Below, piece after piece: positions 18,804-32,648 of a stretch of 64,000 nt of DNA. The stretch's first letter is position 1. Each line of letters opens with the position of its first letter. Location: NCBI RefSeq assembly GCF_009914755.1, contig NC_060934.1; one strand, given 5' to 3'. Made by a program: the position numbers and the translations under genes. The DNA is from the human T2T-CHM13v2.0 reference genome, Homo sapiens. The notes under the pieces were generated by a model. That model ran no database searches. It was given only the letters and a program-made list of their open reading frames with translations, and was not told the origin of the DNA.

Positions 18804-20084
18804 ACATAGATTATTTTAATTGTGTATAAACTATTTATTTATCTTAATATTGCCTATTTTAAGTTTTTTAACTTTATTTTTATAATGCAAAATAATTTAC
18901 TTTTTATTGTCAATATTAAATAAAAGTTGCTCACACAATTTAAAATTTTTGTACTCTTCCATCTTCTAGCTCATCTCTTTTAAAGTTCATATTGTGTATT
19001 CCTTATTATTTCTACATTGAAGGTCTAGCAAAGCTATGTTACTTCTCCTGTATATCTACAAATGCTTTATTTTGCTTTCTTTCATTATTGATAGTATAAC
19101 TGTGTATATAATTTTAGGTTGACAGTAATTTTCTTTCTGTGCTTTGTGGATGTTAACTACTATTGTTTCTTCTATTGTTGTTGATGAGAAGTCCATTGTC
19201 AGCTAATTACAAATTACTTTCTAATTGCCTAATTTTCTAATAGCTTTTAATATTTGTTCTTCTTAATATTTTACAGTTTTAATAAAATATAAGGGGATGT
19301 GGATATACTTTTTTTTCCAAAAAATTTCCTTGGTTTTCAAAGATCCCTTATAATAGAAAAGTATGACATTTTTATTCTCAAGAATGTTCAACTATTATTG
19401 CCTTAAATATTACTTTTCCATTATTTTATTTATTATATTATTGTATCTTAGCAACTTTTTGATACTACTACACAAGTAAATGTTTAACTGAGCTTTTGAA
19501 TCTGTTTGCCACATCTCTTAATGATATGTTTGTAATTTAGCAGTAAAAATCAACACATAGCTAGAATGTCAGGCCCATCCAGCCTTGACCTGCATGCCTA
19601 AGAGAAGTTTTCTAAGCCCTACTTCAATTAAGAACAGTTGGGCTAAAGAATATTTTCTAAGGCTACCTATTTCTTAGGCAGATATGGCATTTCTGGCTCT
19701 GAAGCACAGACCTCTTTAGAGTGTACATATGCCAGAAAAATGAAAGCAAAGGAGGAAGACTAGAGCCTACTCCTTCCTTTAATGCACTGTATAAATAAAT
19801 AAATAGGACTTTAATTGTCCTCAGCCCAAAAATGTTTAGCATATAACCAATCTAATTTGGTTCCCCTCTCAACAGAGGGGCCATTAATGAACTTTATCTA
19901 TGGGCAGATTTTTTTTTCTTTATCTGTGAGGCAAAACAGATAAAAGGAAAGAGGGAAGAGGGAGGGGAAATGATCCCTTTTCCATTAGTAGGCTTTAACA
20001 GGTATTGACTGTATCCCCACATCTTATCAGGCACGTCTACAAATATTCTGCTTATCCCACACAAACTATTTTGAGGCTGATTTT

Positions 20085-20225
20085 AGAATTAATTACATTG
20101 AAAGGATGAGAATCTGAAGTTTCAAATCATTAGACAGTTTCCAAAGTTCATAGCCATTAAGTTGAATAGATACATTTGGAAACTGAGTTTATCTGCTTTC
20201 AAAGCCAATACAATTCTTCCCACAT
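20085..20225 (-). mobile_element. MIR fragment
   Basis: Degenerate core GATGAGAATCTGAAG...CCAAAGTTCATAGCCATTAAGT. Confidence 0.5.
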
Positions 20226-20487
20226 TGTTTTTCCTCCCAAGGGAGGAAGAAGTCTTGAACTCAGTCTGAAGGCAGAAATGAAATAAAATAAAAAGAGAGG
20301 CTTATAAATAGAGTTCATTACAAATCTGTGTTAGTATCACAGTAGGACCAACAAGTGTAGACTATGGTAAGAAAACCATCCTGATAGATAAAGTTAGTAA
20401 GAATGGATTGTGGGTTAAAATGAGAATTAGTTTGAGAAGAGAGGTAATATTTTAAAAATTTAAATTGTTAAGGAAAATTATCTTTGA

Positions 20488-20800
20488 TTTCCAAGAAATA
20501 TTTATGGAAAACACACATCTGGAAGAAGCTATACTGGTTCTGAGGGTATAACTGTAAAATAGATAAATATAATAACTAATGACCACTCTTCATGGGAATT
20601 TCATTCTGAGGGGAAAGTTAAGCATTGAAAAAGTAATCATCAACTGATAAATTAGACAAAGAAAAATAGAAGGTGCTATAAGACTATACGGCAAAGGAAA
20701 TTAATTCATTAGTGAGTATCAGTAAGAGCTTTCCAGAGTAAGTGATGATTGAACTCTCAAGTTAAAAAGTAAGTAAATATTAGCTAAAAGTAAAGCTTGG
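20488..20800 (-). mobile_element. L2 3' fragment
   Basis: AAATATTTATGGAAAACAC...TACTGGTTCTGAGGGTATA, resembling the antisense L2 3' end. Confidence 0.5.
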
Positions 20801-20953
20801 AAGCAGTGTTTGTAGATCAAAGGGGAGTGAATTAGTTGAGGAACATAGATCAGGTTATTAGGTTTTCTTGATGTGGAGGGCCCGGATTCGAGTTTTGATC
20901 TTAGACTTTTATCAGTACTCATCTTCTATTTCTAGTATTGTCTCCAATAACTC

Positions 20954-21254
<301 letters not shown>

Positions 21255-22009
21255 TCCAATAATTCTTAAATGGTCAATTGTGGCTGGAGAGAAGGGTGGT
21301 GTGATATTCCTCAAATGTTACAATTCTATGCTCCAAGGAAAGACAATGAAATAAGCAAGTTTAGGGATTTTTAAAGAAAGGATTGAAATAACCCAAGAGT
21401 TTAATCTGTAGAGAAAAAGAAGTGAAGACAAGGTAGTTATTAATAAGAATATAATGGAGTCAATGAGAAGATGATACCAAGGAGGTAGAAGAAAATATGG
21501 GGTTAATTAAAATGATACATGTTGTAGTTAGAGAGGATTGTTTTAATGAGAATTTCTGAGGTGGAAACGTTCTATCAGACGGAAATCCAGGATGTGGACA
21601 GAAGATTTGGTAGCAGGAGTGGAGTGCTTCTGAAGTTAATGGGAATGAAGAAGTCTGAAAAAAAAGAAGTCCAAATGAGAAAGACTGAAAGTTTTGGCAA
21701 TTTATTCTGTTTTCCAGGTTGAGGTTGACCTTACTCTGCTATACCAGGATGTGAGGAGAGGGTATAGCAGGAAGCTAGGATGCAAAGTTGATGTATTGCA
21801 GAAAAGGTGGGCTAAAGAATAATATAGTCACACAGAATTAACCTCAGAGGAATGCAAAGATGTCTTTATAAAAGAAAGATAATTATTTCATTAAACAGAT
21901 ACATCATGTACATCTACAGAGAAATAATTTGATTAAAGACAAATGAGAAAATACTTTTTGATAGAGAACATGAAAGAAACTAATACTGTAATGATTTAAT
22001 ATAACAGAA

Positions 22010-22552
<543 letters not shown>

Positions 22553-23192
22553 TCACCAGTAAGTAGGCTAAGAACATAGAGTACTGTGATGATCATTAAA
22601 GAGAAACTCTAAACAGAAGGGTTCAGGAAGGAGTAAATTAGTGGGAGGTTTGGCTTAGAGAGTGTAGAAGTTTGTGCTGGACATAAATCATGAAATACAA
22701 AGATAAAGAGCTTATCAGATTTAGTTGACAGGTAGGGTTTACAATAACAAATGAGTAATCAATGTGAACTCTAAGGATTCCGCTATATTCTGCAAAACAT
22801 TCATAGAAGTTGTGTTGTTGATAGGATAATGCTTTTTTCTTTAGGACTTTGGAGTAAGAAAGGGCATAGGACTGTATGGGAGGGAGAAACCTAAGTAGCA
22901 AGTTGGGGTGGATGCATCATTTAGTGCCTCTCAATCTGATAGACAGATGCAAAAGGGTGAAAGACGTAAGTTGTGTTCATTTATTCAGTAGACATTACTG
23001 AACACCTACTGCAGGGTAGGCCCTGTATAAGCATTGAAAATACAACTGTCAGCAAAACCAACAGAAGATCATTGTCCTTTCATCCTGGAGAGGAAGGATA
23101 GTCAAAATATATTATAAAGATGGAAATATGTGTTATGAAGACATGTTAAAACACTAAAGAGGAGAGATATTGACAGCATTGGTAGAAAGTTG

Positions 23193-23533
23193 TGAGAAAG
23201 CCAGGTGGCAGGGGTCCCTAGAAAAACTCCAACTGGCCTGCACACTGGGAGAAATGCTACCAGGCTGGAGCCACAGAGGTTTGTGCCCTTTGCGGTGGGG
23301 AGGAGCCTGGCCCCTCCTCTTCCTGCGTGGAACCTGGAATTCAAGCTGTGAGGCAGGAGGAACTCTAGCAGAGAACTCTGGCCTTGCAGAGAGTGCTTGT
23401 TCCCCCCTTTTCTTCCCTTTTACCAAATAAAACCCCACTTTACTCACGCTTCAAATTGTCTGCAAGCCTATATTTTCATGGCCGTGGGACAAGGACCCCG
23501 TGTTTAGCTGAACTAAGGAAAAGTCCTTCAACA
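23193..23533 (+). mobile_element. ERV1 solo LTR, MER61-like
   Basis: TGAGAAAGCCAGGTGG...GGAGGAGCCTGGCCCCTCCTCTTCCTG...AATAAAA...GCTGAACTAAGGAAAAGTCCTTCAACA; 4-bp TSD GTTG/GCTG. Confidence 0.85.
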
Positions 23534-23918
23534 GCTGGTTTCTTATGATGTGATCCTATAAAGCACTCCACCCCTTCCTGACCACCACCGCCACATACAT
23601 GTTCATAAAGTGACATCTGAACCCAGAAAGACTTAATGCAGGTGACAGGGAAATCACAATGATATCTAGAAGAGTGGCCCAAGCAGGTCAAACATCAAGT
23701 GCACATTTCCAGGGATTAAAGGATATTTGGAGTGTTCCCAAACTGGAGTCCCATGTAGCTGAAGAGTGTGTGAAAGAGGAAGTGGGAGAAGTTGAGGTCA
23801 CAGAAGTAGGAGAATAACATGAAATAATAAGGGGATGTTAGATCAATATAATGACTTTAGCTTTTACACTAAGGTTGGAAATTGCTGGAGTATTTTGACC
23901 AGGTAAGGAGCAGCACCG

Positions 23919-24247
23919 TTTTGTTGTTGTTGTTTTGTATTTTTATGACAGAGTCTCACTGTGTCACCCAGGCTGGAGTGCAGTGGCGTGATCTTGGCTC
24001 AGTGCAACCTCTGCCTTCCGGGTTCCAGATATTCTTGCGCCGCAGCCCCCCCTCACCCCCGCCCTACCCCCTAGTAGCTGGGATTACAGGCGCCCACCAC
24101 CATGCCCAGCTAATTTTTTTTATTTTTAGTAGAGACGGGGTTTCACCATGTTGGTCAGGCTGGTCTTGAACTCCCTACCTCAGGTGATCCACCCACCTCG
24201 GCCTCCCAAAGTGCTAGGATGACAGGCATGAGCCGCTGCGCTTGGCC
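23919..24247 (-). mobile_element. AluS with a C-rich internal expansion
   Basis: Antisense dimer; TSD AGCACC(G/A)TTTTGTT. Confidence 0.93.
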
Positions 24248-25923
24248 AGCACCATTTTGTTTTAATAGGAAGGTTCTGGGTCTGTGGTGGTATCAGGCTC
24301 TTGGGGAGCAACGGGAGGAGCAGGGATGCTAATGACAACAATAAGCCGGGAGAGAGGAGGGAACTTAGTTGAAGGTGAAGTGGTGAAAGCAGTTTGAAGT
24401 GTTTGGAGCCTGAATGTATTGTGAAAGCACAGCCAACAAGATATGCTGATGTTCTGCATGTGAGAAAAAAAGAAAGGATTTAGGAAAGATACCAAGGTTT
24501 TGGTGTAAGCCATTTGGCAAGAACAGCTTACTTTATGTTAGGCTATTCTTGGAATCTCTTTTGTATAATTCTTTTGTGATGCCTTGGTGTTCTTTTGGAA
24601 TGAACACTGTTTTCCATATCTGATCTAAATGTCCTCAGTCCTGATAAGAAGTTGTTAATTGACTGTCTAATTATAATTATAGAGAGATAGTGGTAGATAC
24701 AAAAACTAATAATTAAGTATAAGTGAAACTCAAATTGAGTAAATATTAATTTCGACCACATCCCCTAAACATTATAACTTTCTCTATTTGAAAAATCAGA
24801 TCGAATTCCCACATCTACACAATGATGAACTTGAGAACTATGAAATTAGAGCCATGGATATATTGCTGGTAACAAGTGGGGCTGTTACTACCAGAACTAC
24901 ATCATCCTGTTTTTTAGCCTGGTGACCCTTCCAATTTACCATGTCAGTTGATTTACTATAGAACATTTTGTTACTCTGAATAAGACTGAAAGTTGCTGAA
25001 GTATTTTGACCAGGTGAATACCGCCATTTTGTTTCAAAAAGATGGCTCTGGCTTTGTCATGCAGACTCCAAATTGTGTATTTTCATCCATTTTTGTTTGA
25101 CTTGTTTCTTTCATTACTTATATTTTTATTTTCAGAGAGCCTAGTGTTTGTAATCTTACAACACAGGAATTTGTAGGATTCTGAAGCTTGTGCAACACAG
25201 AACTTAAGCTTTTCTCATCTCTCAAATCAGTCTTCTTAATTTTTCTTAATATTATAAGAAGCTTCATAAGCCTGAAAGATGATTTAATAGATCATTTGCT
25301 TTGAAATTATCATATAGTGCTCCTGCTAAAGGTACTAAGATCACCAAAGACCAAAACACTACCGGTCTTTGATCACCTGTGCTAAAGGACAGGTACTCTG
25401 CAAACTGTTTCAGAGAAATTCTGTTCCAGGATCAAAGTGACTGTGTATATTGCTGTGAGTAAACCCTGGGTACTTTCAGGTGCTATGGAAACTGTTGTAT
25501 CTGGGGGATTCTCTGCGACTTACCAAGCAACCTGCACCAAGTCCTGAGCAGTTGGTCTCATCGATCTTGAAACCTGGAGGTCCAGACTTAGGAAAAATCA
25601 CCCTCTAGGGTTTTTTTGGATCCCCTGGCATAATTGCAGATTAGTTACAGATGCTCTATTCCAGCCACCAATTTGGAGCTCACAGGGAAAGGTGAAGACA
25701 ATGGAAAGAATCAGAATTTCTGGCTGTTGTGTAGTCCTCAAGCTTCTACCACAGCTGCTATAATTAGGCCAGATGAAAGGGTTTGGAAATGAGATTTCCA
25801 GTTTTCTACCTGACATTTCTTCCTTGTTCACAATATTAGCTCATATGCCAATCCTGTATCTCCAAGTATTTTCCTGTATCTCCAAATATTTTCATAAGAG
25901 TTGCTATTATTTTGGCAATTTGA

Positions 25924-26564
25924 TTTTTTCCAATTTTATTGAGATATATAAATATACACTTTGGAAATTTGATATATATATAAATATTTGATATATAAAT
26001 ATTTTTTTGGCAATTTGATTTTTTTCCAATTTTATTGAGGTATATTGACAAATAGGGATTGTATTTAGGTGTACAACAAGATGTTTTGATATATGTATAT
26101 AGTGTGAAATGATTACCACCATCAGGCTAATTAACACATATATCACCTCACATAGTTACTATTTGTGTGTGTGAGAGAGAGGACAAACTTCAGATCTTTC
26201 TTTGAAAATTTCAAGCATAAAATGCACCGTCGTTATCATGTTGTACACTAGGTCTCCAGAACTTATAACTGAAATTTTGCTCTCTTAGACCAACATCTTT
26301 CCATTTTCCTCACCCCACAGTCCCTGCTAACCACACCTCTATTCTCTGTTGCTACAAGTTTCGCCGTTTCCACATTTCATTTACATGTGGAATCTATTTA
26401 TAATAAATGAAATCACACAGTATTTGTATTTCTGTGTCCGGCTTATTTCACTTAGTGTAATGTCTCCCAGGTTCGTCTGTGTTATTGAAAATGACAGGAT
26501 TTCCTTTCTTAAGGCTGAATAATATTCCATTGTATGTGCCTGTGTGTATGTATGTGTGTGTGTG

Positions 26565-26596
<32 letters not shown>

Positions 26597-28534
26597 AATT
26601 TGAGAAAGATTGGTATTAATTATTTAAATGTTTGGTAGAATTTACCAGTGTAGCCATAGATCCTGAGATTTACTTTGTTGGGGAATTTTTGATTACTGAT
26701 TCAATCTCCTTACTCATTATTAATCTTTTCAGATTCTCTATTTCCTTTTGATTTTGTGTTGCTAGGTTTTATCTTGCTAAGAATTTACCCATTTCTACTT
26801 TAACCAATTTGTTGGTATATAGTTGTTCTTAATAGTCTTTAGTGTTTGTGTGGTATCAGTTCTAATGTCTTTCATTTATGTTTCATTTATTTGAGTCTTT
26901 TCCCTTTTTTTCTTAGTCTAGCTAAAGGTAACCATTTTTATGAAACAAACAAACAAAACAAAACAAAAAAACCCTACGTTTTTCCATTTCTTCACTTTCA
27001 GCTGATATGTGCCTTAAAGCTAAAGTGTGTCTCCCACAGATAGCATGTAGTTGGATCTTTATTTTTCATACATTCAGATCATTTGTCTTTTAATTGGAGA
27101 ATTTAATTCATTTACAATAAAAGTAATTATTCATAGGTAAAGACTTACTGTTGCCATCTTATTGTTTTCTGCCTTTTTGGTGGGTCTTTTTTTTCTCTCT
27201 TTCTCTTGTTTCTTCCTTTGTTATTTGACAATTTCTTTTGTAGTGGTATGCTTTTATTCCTTTCTTTTTATGTTTTGTGTATCTACCACAGGATTCTTCT
27301 TTGTGAACACAGTGAGGCTTACATAAGACATATTACTGTTATAAAAGTCTATTTTAAGCTGGTAACATCTTAACCTCAATCATAATAAAAAAGTCTCCAC
27401 TTTTACTTCACCCTCTTCCCATATTTTATGTATCGATGTCAAAATTTGCATCTTTTAATATTGCGTATCCATTAACAAGTTATTGTAATTGTAGTTACTA
27501 ACTTTTATTCTAAAGTTCACTATGATTTACTTAACACCATTACATATTAGAATATTCAAAATTTGAATACGTACTTAAGTTTATTGTGAGTTTTGTACCT
27601 TTATATGTTCTCATATTGCTACTTAACATCCTTTTATTTAAACTTGAAGAATATCTCTTAGCATTTCTTATAAGGCAGGTCTAGTGGTGATGAACTACCT
27701 CAGATTTTGTTTTTCAGAGAAAGTTTTTATCTTCCATTCATTTTTGAAGGACAGATTTGTCAGGTATAGTATTCTTGACTGGCACTTTTTCTTTCAGCAT
27801 TTTCAATGTATCATCCCATTCTCATCTTGCCTGCAAGGTTTCTCGGAAAAATTTTGATCACCTGATTGATAGAGATTTCCTTTTATGCAATGAGCCTCTT
27901 TTCCCTTGCTGCTTTCAAAATTCTCTTCAGTTCCTGATTTTTGACAATTTAATTATAATGCGTTTGGTAAAATCTGCTTTAGGTTGGACCTGCTTGGAGA
28001 CCTTTGTGCTTCATTTACCTGAATAACTATAACTTTTGGCAGATTTAGGAAGTTTTCAGCCATTATTTTTTTAAATAACCTTTCTGCTCTTTTCTATCTT
28101 GTGTCCCCTTAGTGAAATCCCATAATGTGGAATAGCCTCTCCCAGCCACTCAGTTGCATTGGTCGCTTCAGTAATCTGGATGAGGCAAGAAAGAATTGGT
28201 TCTTCTGGGAAACATTCCACAAGGCTGGGGAACTGGTGATCATTCACTATGCTGTTACTTTCCTCTGTGGGTGAAATTTCAGGCTGGAATGTTCTCTCTT
28301 GGCACTGACCTGTGCCACCTTGGAAAGGGGTGACACAGGTAAGGTACTTTTTTTACCCTCTTCAATGTAGCTATTCCAAGAATTTTTGTTTCAACAGTGT
28401 GTTGGAAGCTTTCCACTGTACCCTCAGATTCCCACAAAAGTACTCTTGTCAATAGATAGTTGCCAGAATCTATGTTTCTGCTGGGGAATGATGGTAGAGA
28501 GTGCTTACTCTGACATCTTGCTAATAACATTTCC
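25924..28534 (-). mobile_element. L1MA (MA6-8-like) retaining both termini, with large internal deletions
   Basis: 3' end TTTTATTGAGGTATATTGACAAA; 5'-end-like CATCTTGCTAAT at ~28514-28525; flanking 17-mers TTATTTTGGCAATTTGA (25907) and TTATTTTAGCATTTTGA (28535). Confidence 0.75.
26532..26595. repeat. (TG)n(GA)n microsatellite
   Basis: Visible repeat. Confidence 0.9.
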
Positions 28535-29034
28535 TTATTTTAGCATTTTGAAGTCGGTAATCCTGCACTAGGATTCAAGCATGCATATAAATCTATAGCA
28601 CTTTTATTTGTAGGCAGACAGGAAATATTTATTTTATCACAATGTTAATTAATATTTAGTGGTTTCAAATAATACAGTAAGCTGATAATATAGCTTTATA
28701 TTCCTATTATCAGAAAAGGGCCTATCACAACAAATCATTGTTCTTATTTAAAAATAGATCTTTGGAGTTTTACATCTTATAACTATTCAGTCTCCTAACT
28801 GACAAAATGACAGTTTTCAGGTGGACATTAAAATTTAACATAATAAAGTGCTATCATATGCTCTGATCTTTAATTAAAATACTGATAATTAGAAGCATGA
28901 TGTTCTTAATGAAGTTGGAATGCAATCTTTTAAATGTACAAACAAAACAAAAGTTGTTTGATGCACAAGAGTCTATCTCAGTTTTAAATGTTTATTTTTT
29001 TTCCTCTACATTTAAAAAATGTTAGGATTACATT

Positions 29035-29140
29035 TCAGAAACTTTGAGTAACTGGTCCAAGATTACACAACAAGTGAGAGATCTAGGATTCAAGATGAAG
29101 AACTCCTGGGTCTAAGAAGCCCAGAATGCTTCCTTATCCT
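29035..29140 (-). mobile_element. MIR fragment
   Basis: GAGTAACTGGTCCAAGATTACACAAC...CTAGGATTCAA. Confidence 0.55.
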
Positions 29141-31378
29141 ACCCTGTCTCTCAGCTCCTTAGCTGGGGATTTGTAGCACATGTGTTACAAACACTTCTTG
29201 CCTCTTGCCCAAAACACAGTACAAATCCAAAGTGTGCCTTATATCACTCATTCATGCAGCCAATAACTACATTATTGATTTTTTTGACTCAAAAGACATG
29301 CAACTATTAATGTTCATCTACCAATTATAATCAAAGAAAGAAATGTCAGGAAGGATAGAGAAGATATGCCTTTGGTACCCATGCAAAATAAATATGCAAG
29401 GAGATTTCCTGGAACTCACTGACACATTAATAGTTATGTTGGATGTGTGGAGAGATTACTGGAACGACTCCCTGCTGCTCCTAGCTAACCTTTGAACAAT
29501 TGCTGGCATTCTGACATGGGAAGAATGAAGCTGGAGATACTGGCTGCTGATCTTTCTGGCTATCCTAATCAGTCTGATACCATTAGAAATAAGAACAAAT
29601 ACATTGATAATTTAATGCATAATATGAATTTAAACTAGGGCTTAATACTTTAAAAAATTTTGTTTTTTGTATCATTTCAGATGATATTAAAATGAAAGCA
29701 TCACATCAACCCAAACCTTTGAACCAGAAATGGCCATCAATATTATGAGGCAAATATTATTTGAGGCGTATATGTATGCAGATAAGTAGACAGGAAGACA
29801 GATAAAGGTAAGTTAGGAAAAGTATAATAAGTTTAGCTTTACTCCAATTGAGAGGAACAAATTGCTGAAGTAAAACTAATCACTAAACTTAGATGTCACC
29901 TAAAAGAAATGTGTCATTAAATGATGTTCTAAAGGTAATGAAGAAAAAATGATTTTTTAGAACATTATTATTTTAATCATATGGTTTGACTTTAGAGAAT
30001 ATCTATTATCTATCTTTTATAAAATATCAAGAAATTAGCAATTATGTTACCTTTCACCTTCTCTAAACTGTCATTCAAAATATTATTTTTATATATTTTA
30101 AAATATTATTATAAGTAAGTCATTATCCTTTCATTGCCAAGATTTATAACATATAAATTCTGTTTTGTAAACATACTTTCTTGGTTGTTTAGCCTTACTT
30201 CTATATTCACATAAACTAAATGCTAACCTTCTATTGATTTACTAATGTCTTGAATCCTGATTTTTTGAAAATTTTCTCATAAAGTATTTTTTCCTCATGA
30301 AGTACTAATATGTGCAGTTAGCCTTATTTTACTTTATTTTTTGGAATGCTTGAGAACATAGGTCAAAAAAGCATACACAAAAGAAAACTTTACTGTAATT
30401 TTTTTTTATTCAAAACATTTCATTTTCTATTACCTTTGGGGGTATTTTAAAGGGTTCTACAGGTTTTAGAATTCTCTTTTATTAGCATAGAGAAAGTTTA
30501 TAGTTATTGATGAGTTCCCATAAGTCATTTGGCATTTTGAATGAATGTATATATTAAAGTTATAAATATATAACTTATTATGTAAATAATGAAGTCACAC
30601 TTCTTTGCCTCCAAATTTGGAAGGCACACTTCTTTGGGTCACAATTCTTTGCCTGGGTCATACTTCTTTGCCTCCAAATTTTGTGGGCATGGTAACATTT
30701 TACAATTGTTTTCTGGGACTGAATGTCGGTGGAGAACTCATGCTAGCTTGACTTGGTTCTCTCAGTAAATGACCATTTTTTCCTCACTATTTGCATCTTA
30801 TGTTAGTATTTGCATTTCAATAACCTAAGTAGGATATATTTTCTTGTTCACGATTCTCAATTTTTTTCCTGAAACAAATTATATTCTTGAATTACAGGGT
30901 CAGTTCTCTTTTAATAATATACTATTATGTATTTCCTTTTTCTTTTATATATTTTATGAACTTTAAAAAATTTTAGGGTTAATTATTCTAAAATTTGATA
31001 GTCTTATTCTCCACTTCTTTTATGTTATCTCTTACTGGTTTCAAATTGTTATTTTTCTCAGCATTCAGTATAAGTATCTCGAGTCATTTATTATTGCTGT
31101 AATTCAATTTTCAATGAGATTCCATTTGAATTTTCTTTTTTAAAAACATTCAATAGCATTTTATATTTTTAGTCTTTATATTTTCTCATAGTTGAGATTA
31201 TAATGTTTTAAAATTTTTTACTTCTCCTTTTACTCAAAATTGTCATAAATATTTTCCATGTTATTCAATATTCTATGCCATTTTTTAAAATTTAATTTTA
31301 AAATATTTCTAGACTTAATAGAAAAATTGAAGAGATAATACAGAGCTCCTATATACCCTACATCTATTTTCACTTATT

Positions 31379-31806
31379 ATTTTTTCCAACGTTTATTTTA
31401 AGTTTAGAGTTACATGTGCAGGATGCGAAGGTTTATTACATAGGTAAATGTTTGCCATGGTGGTTTGCTGCACAGATCATCCCATCACCCAGGTGTTAAG
31501 CCCAGCATCCACTAGCTATTCTTCCTGATCCTCTCCCTCCTCCAACCCTCCACCCTCTGACAGCCAACAGTGTGTGTTGTTCCCCACCATGTGTCCATAT
31601 GTTCTCATAATTTAGATTTAGCTCCCACTTATAAGTGAGAACATGTGGCATTTGGTTTTCTGTTCCTGTGTTAGTTTGCTAGGAATAATGATTTCCAAAC
31701 TCCATCTGTGTCCCTGCAAAGAACATGATCTTGTTCCTTTTTATAGCTGCATAGTATTCCATGGTGTATATGTACCACATTTTTTTATCCAGTCTATCAT
31801 TGATGG
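31379..31806 (-). mobile_element. L1PA13-16-like 3' end
   Basis: GGTGGTTTGCTGCACAGATCATCCCATCACCCAGG...AGCTCCCACTTATAAGTGAGAACATG. Confidence 0.85.
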
Positions 31807-32252
31807 TATGCCATTACTTTTAATGACTGCATGATATTTCATCATATGCAATGAACCAAGATTTACCCATCCACCCCTGATTGTTGATATTTAGATTGCA
31901 AAAAGTCAATCCTCATTCCCATTAAATTTTGTTTGTTCACTTTTTCCAGTCAAGTTATTTTCTTTCTTTTTTTTTTTTTTAAGAACTCATTTTTTTTTGG
32001 TTATTTTTATGGTTTCAGGACTTAGGTCACCAGGTCATCTGTTTGCTTGGGCTGAGGTTGCTTAGTCTTTTCATACCGTTTCTCTTTCTTATCGAAAGTG
32101 GAGCGTCACTGAGAGAGAACTTTACTACTCTATTTAGAGCTCTCTCCACTCCAAGTAGTCTCCATATATTACCCATGTATTTTTCATTTATTTATATGAC
32201 AATATCAGTCACTTTTTTATTTTAGATTATATTATTGTCAGCAAATATATAC

Positions 32253-32614
32253 TTTTTAATTTCAATAGGTTTTTGGGGAACTGGTGGTGTTTAGTTACAC
32301 GAATATATTCTTTAGTGGTGATTTCTGAGATATTGGTGCACCCATTACCCAAGCAGTGTACATTGTACCCAATGTGTAGTATTTTATCCCTCACTGGCCC
32401 CACCCTTTCCCCCAAGTCCACAAAGTCCATTGTATCATTCTTATGCTTTTGCATCCTGATAGCTTAGCTCCCACTTATAAGTAAGAACGCACAATGTTTG
32501 GTTTTCCATTCCTGAGTTGCTTCACCTAGAATAGTGTTCTCCAATTCCATTCAGGTTGCTGCAAATGCCATTATTTTGTTCGTTTTTATGGTTGAGTAGT
32601 ATTTCATGATATAG

Positions 32615-32648
<34 letters not shown>

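Larger units (their letters stand above)
22975..24520 (-). mobile_element. L2 fragment interrupted by a MER61 LTR and an Alu
   Basis: TTCATTTATTCAGTAGACATTACTGAACACCTACT antisense L2 terminus; purine-rich L2-like body continues to AAAGATACCAAGGTTTTGG. Confidence 0.6.

Noticed and set aside
23193-23533. p53 response element in the MER61 LTR
   Set aside because: Some MER61 subfamilies carry p53 sites, but I see no paired RRRCWWGYYY half-sites in this copy.
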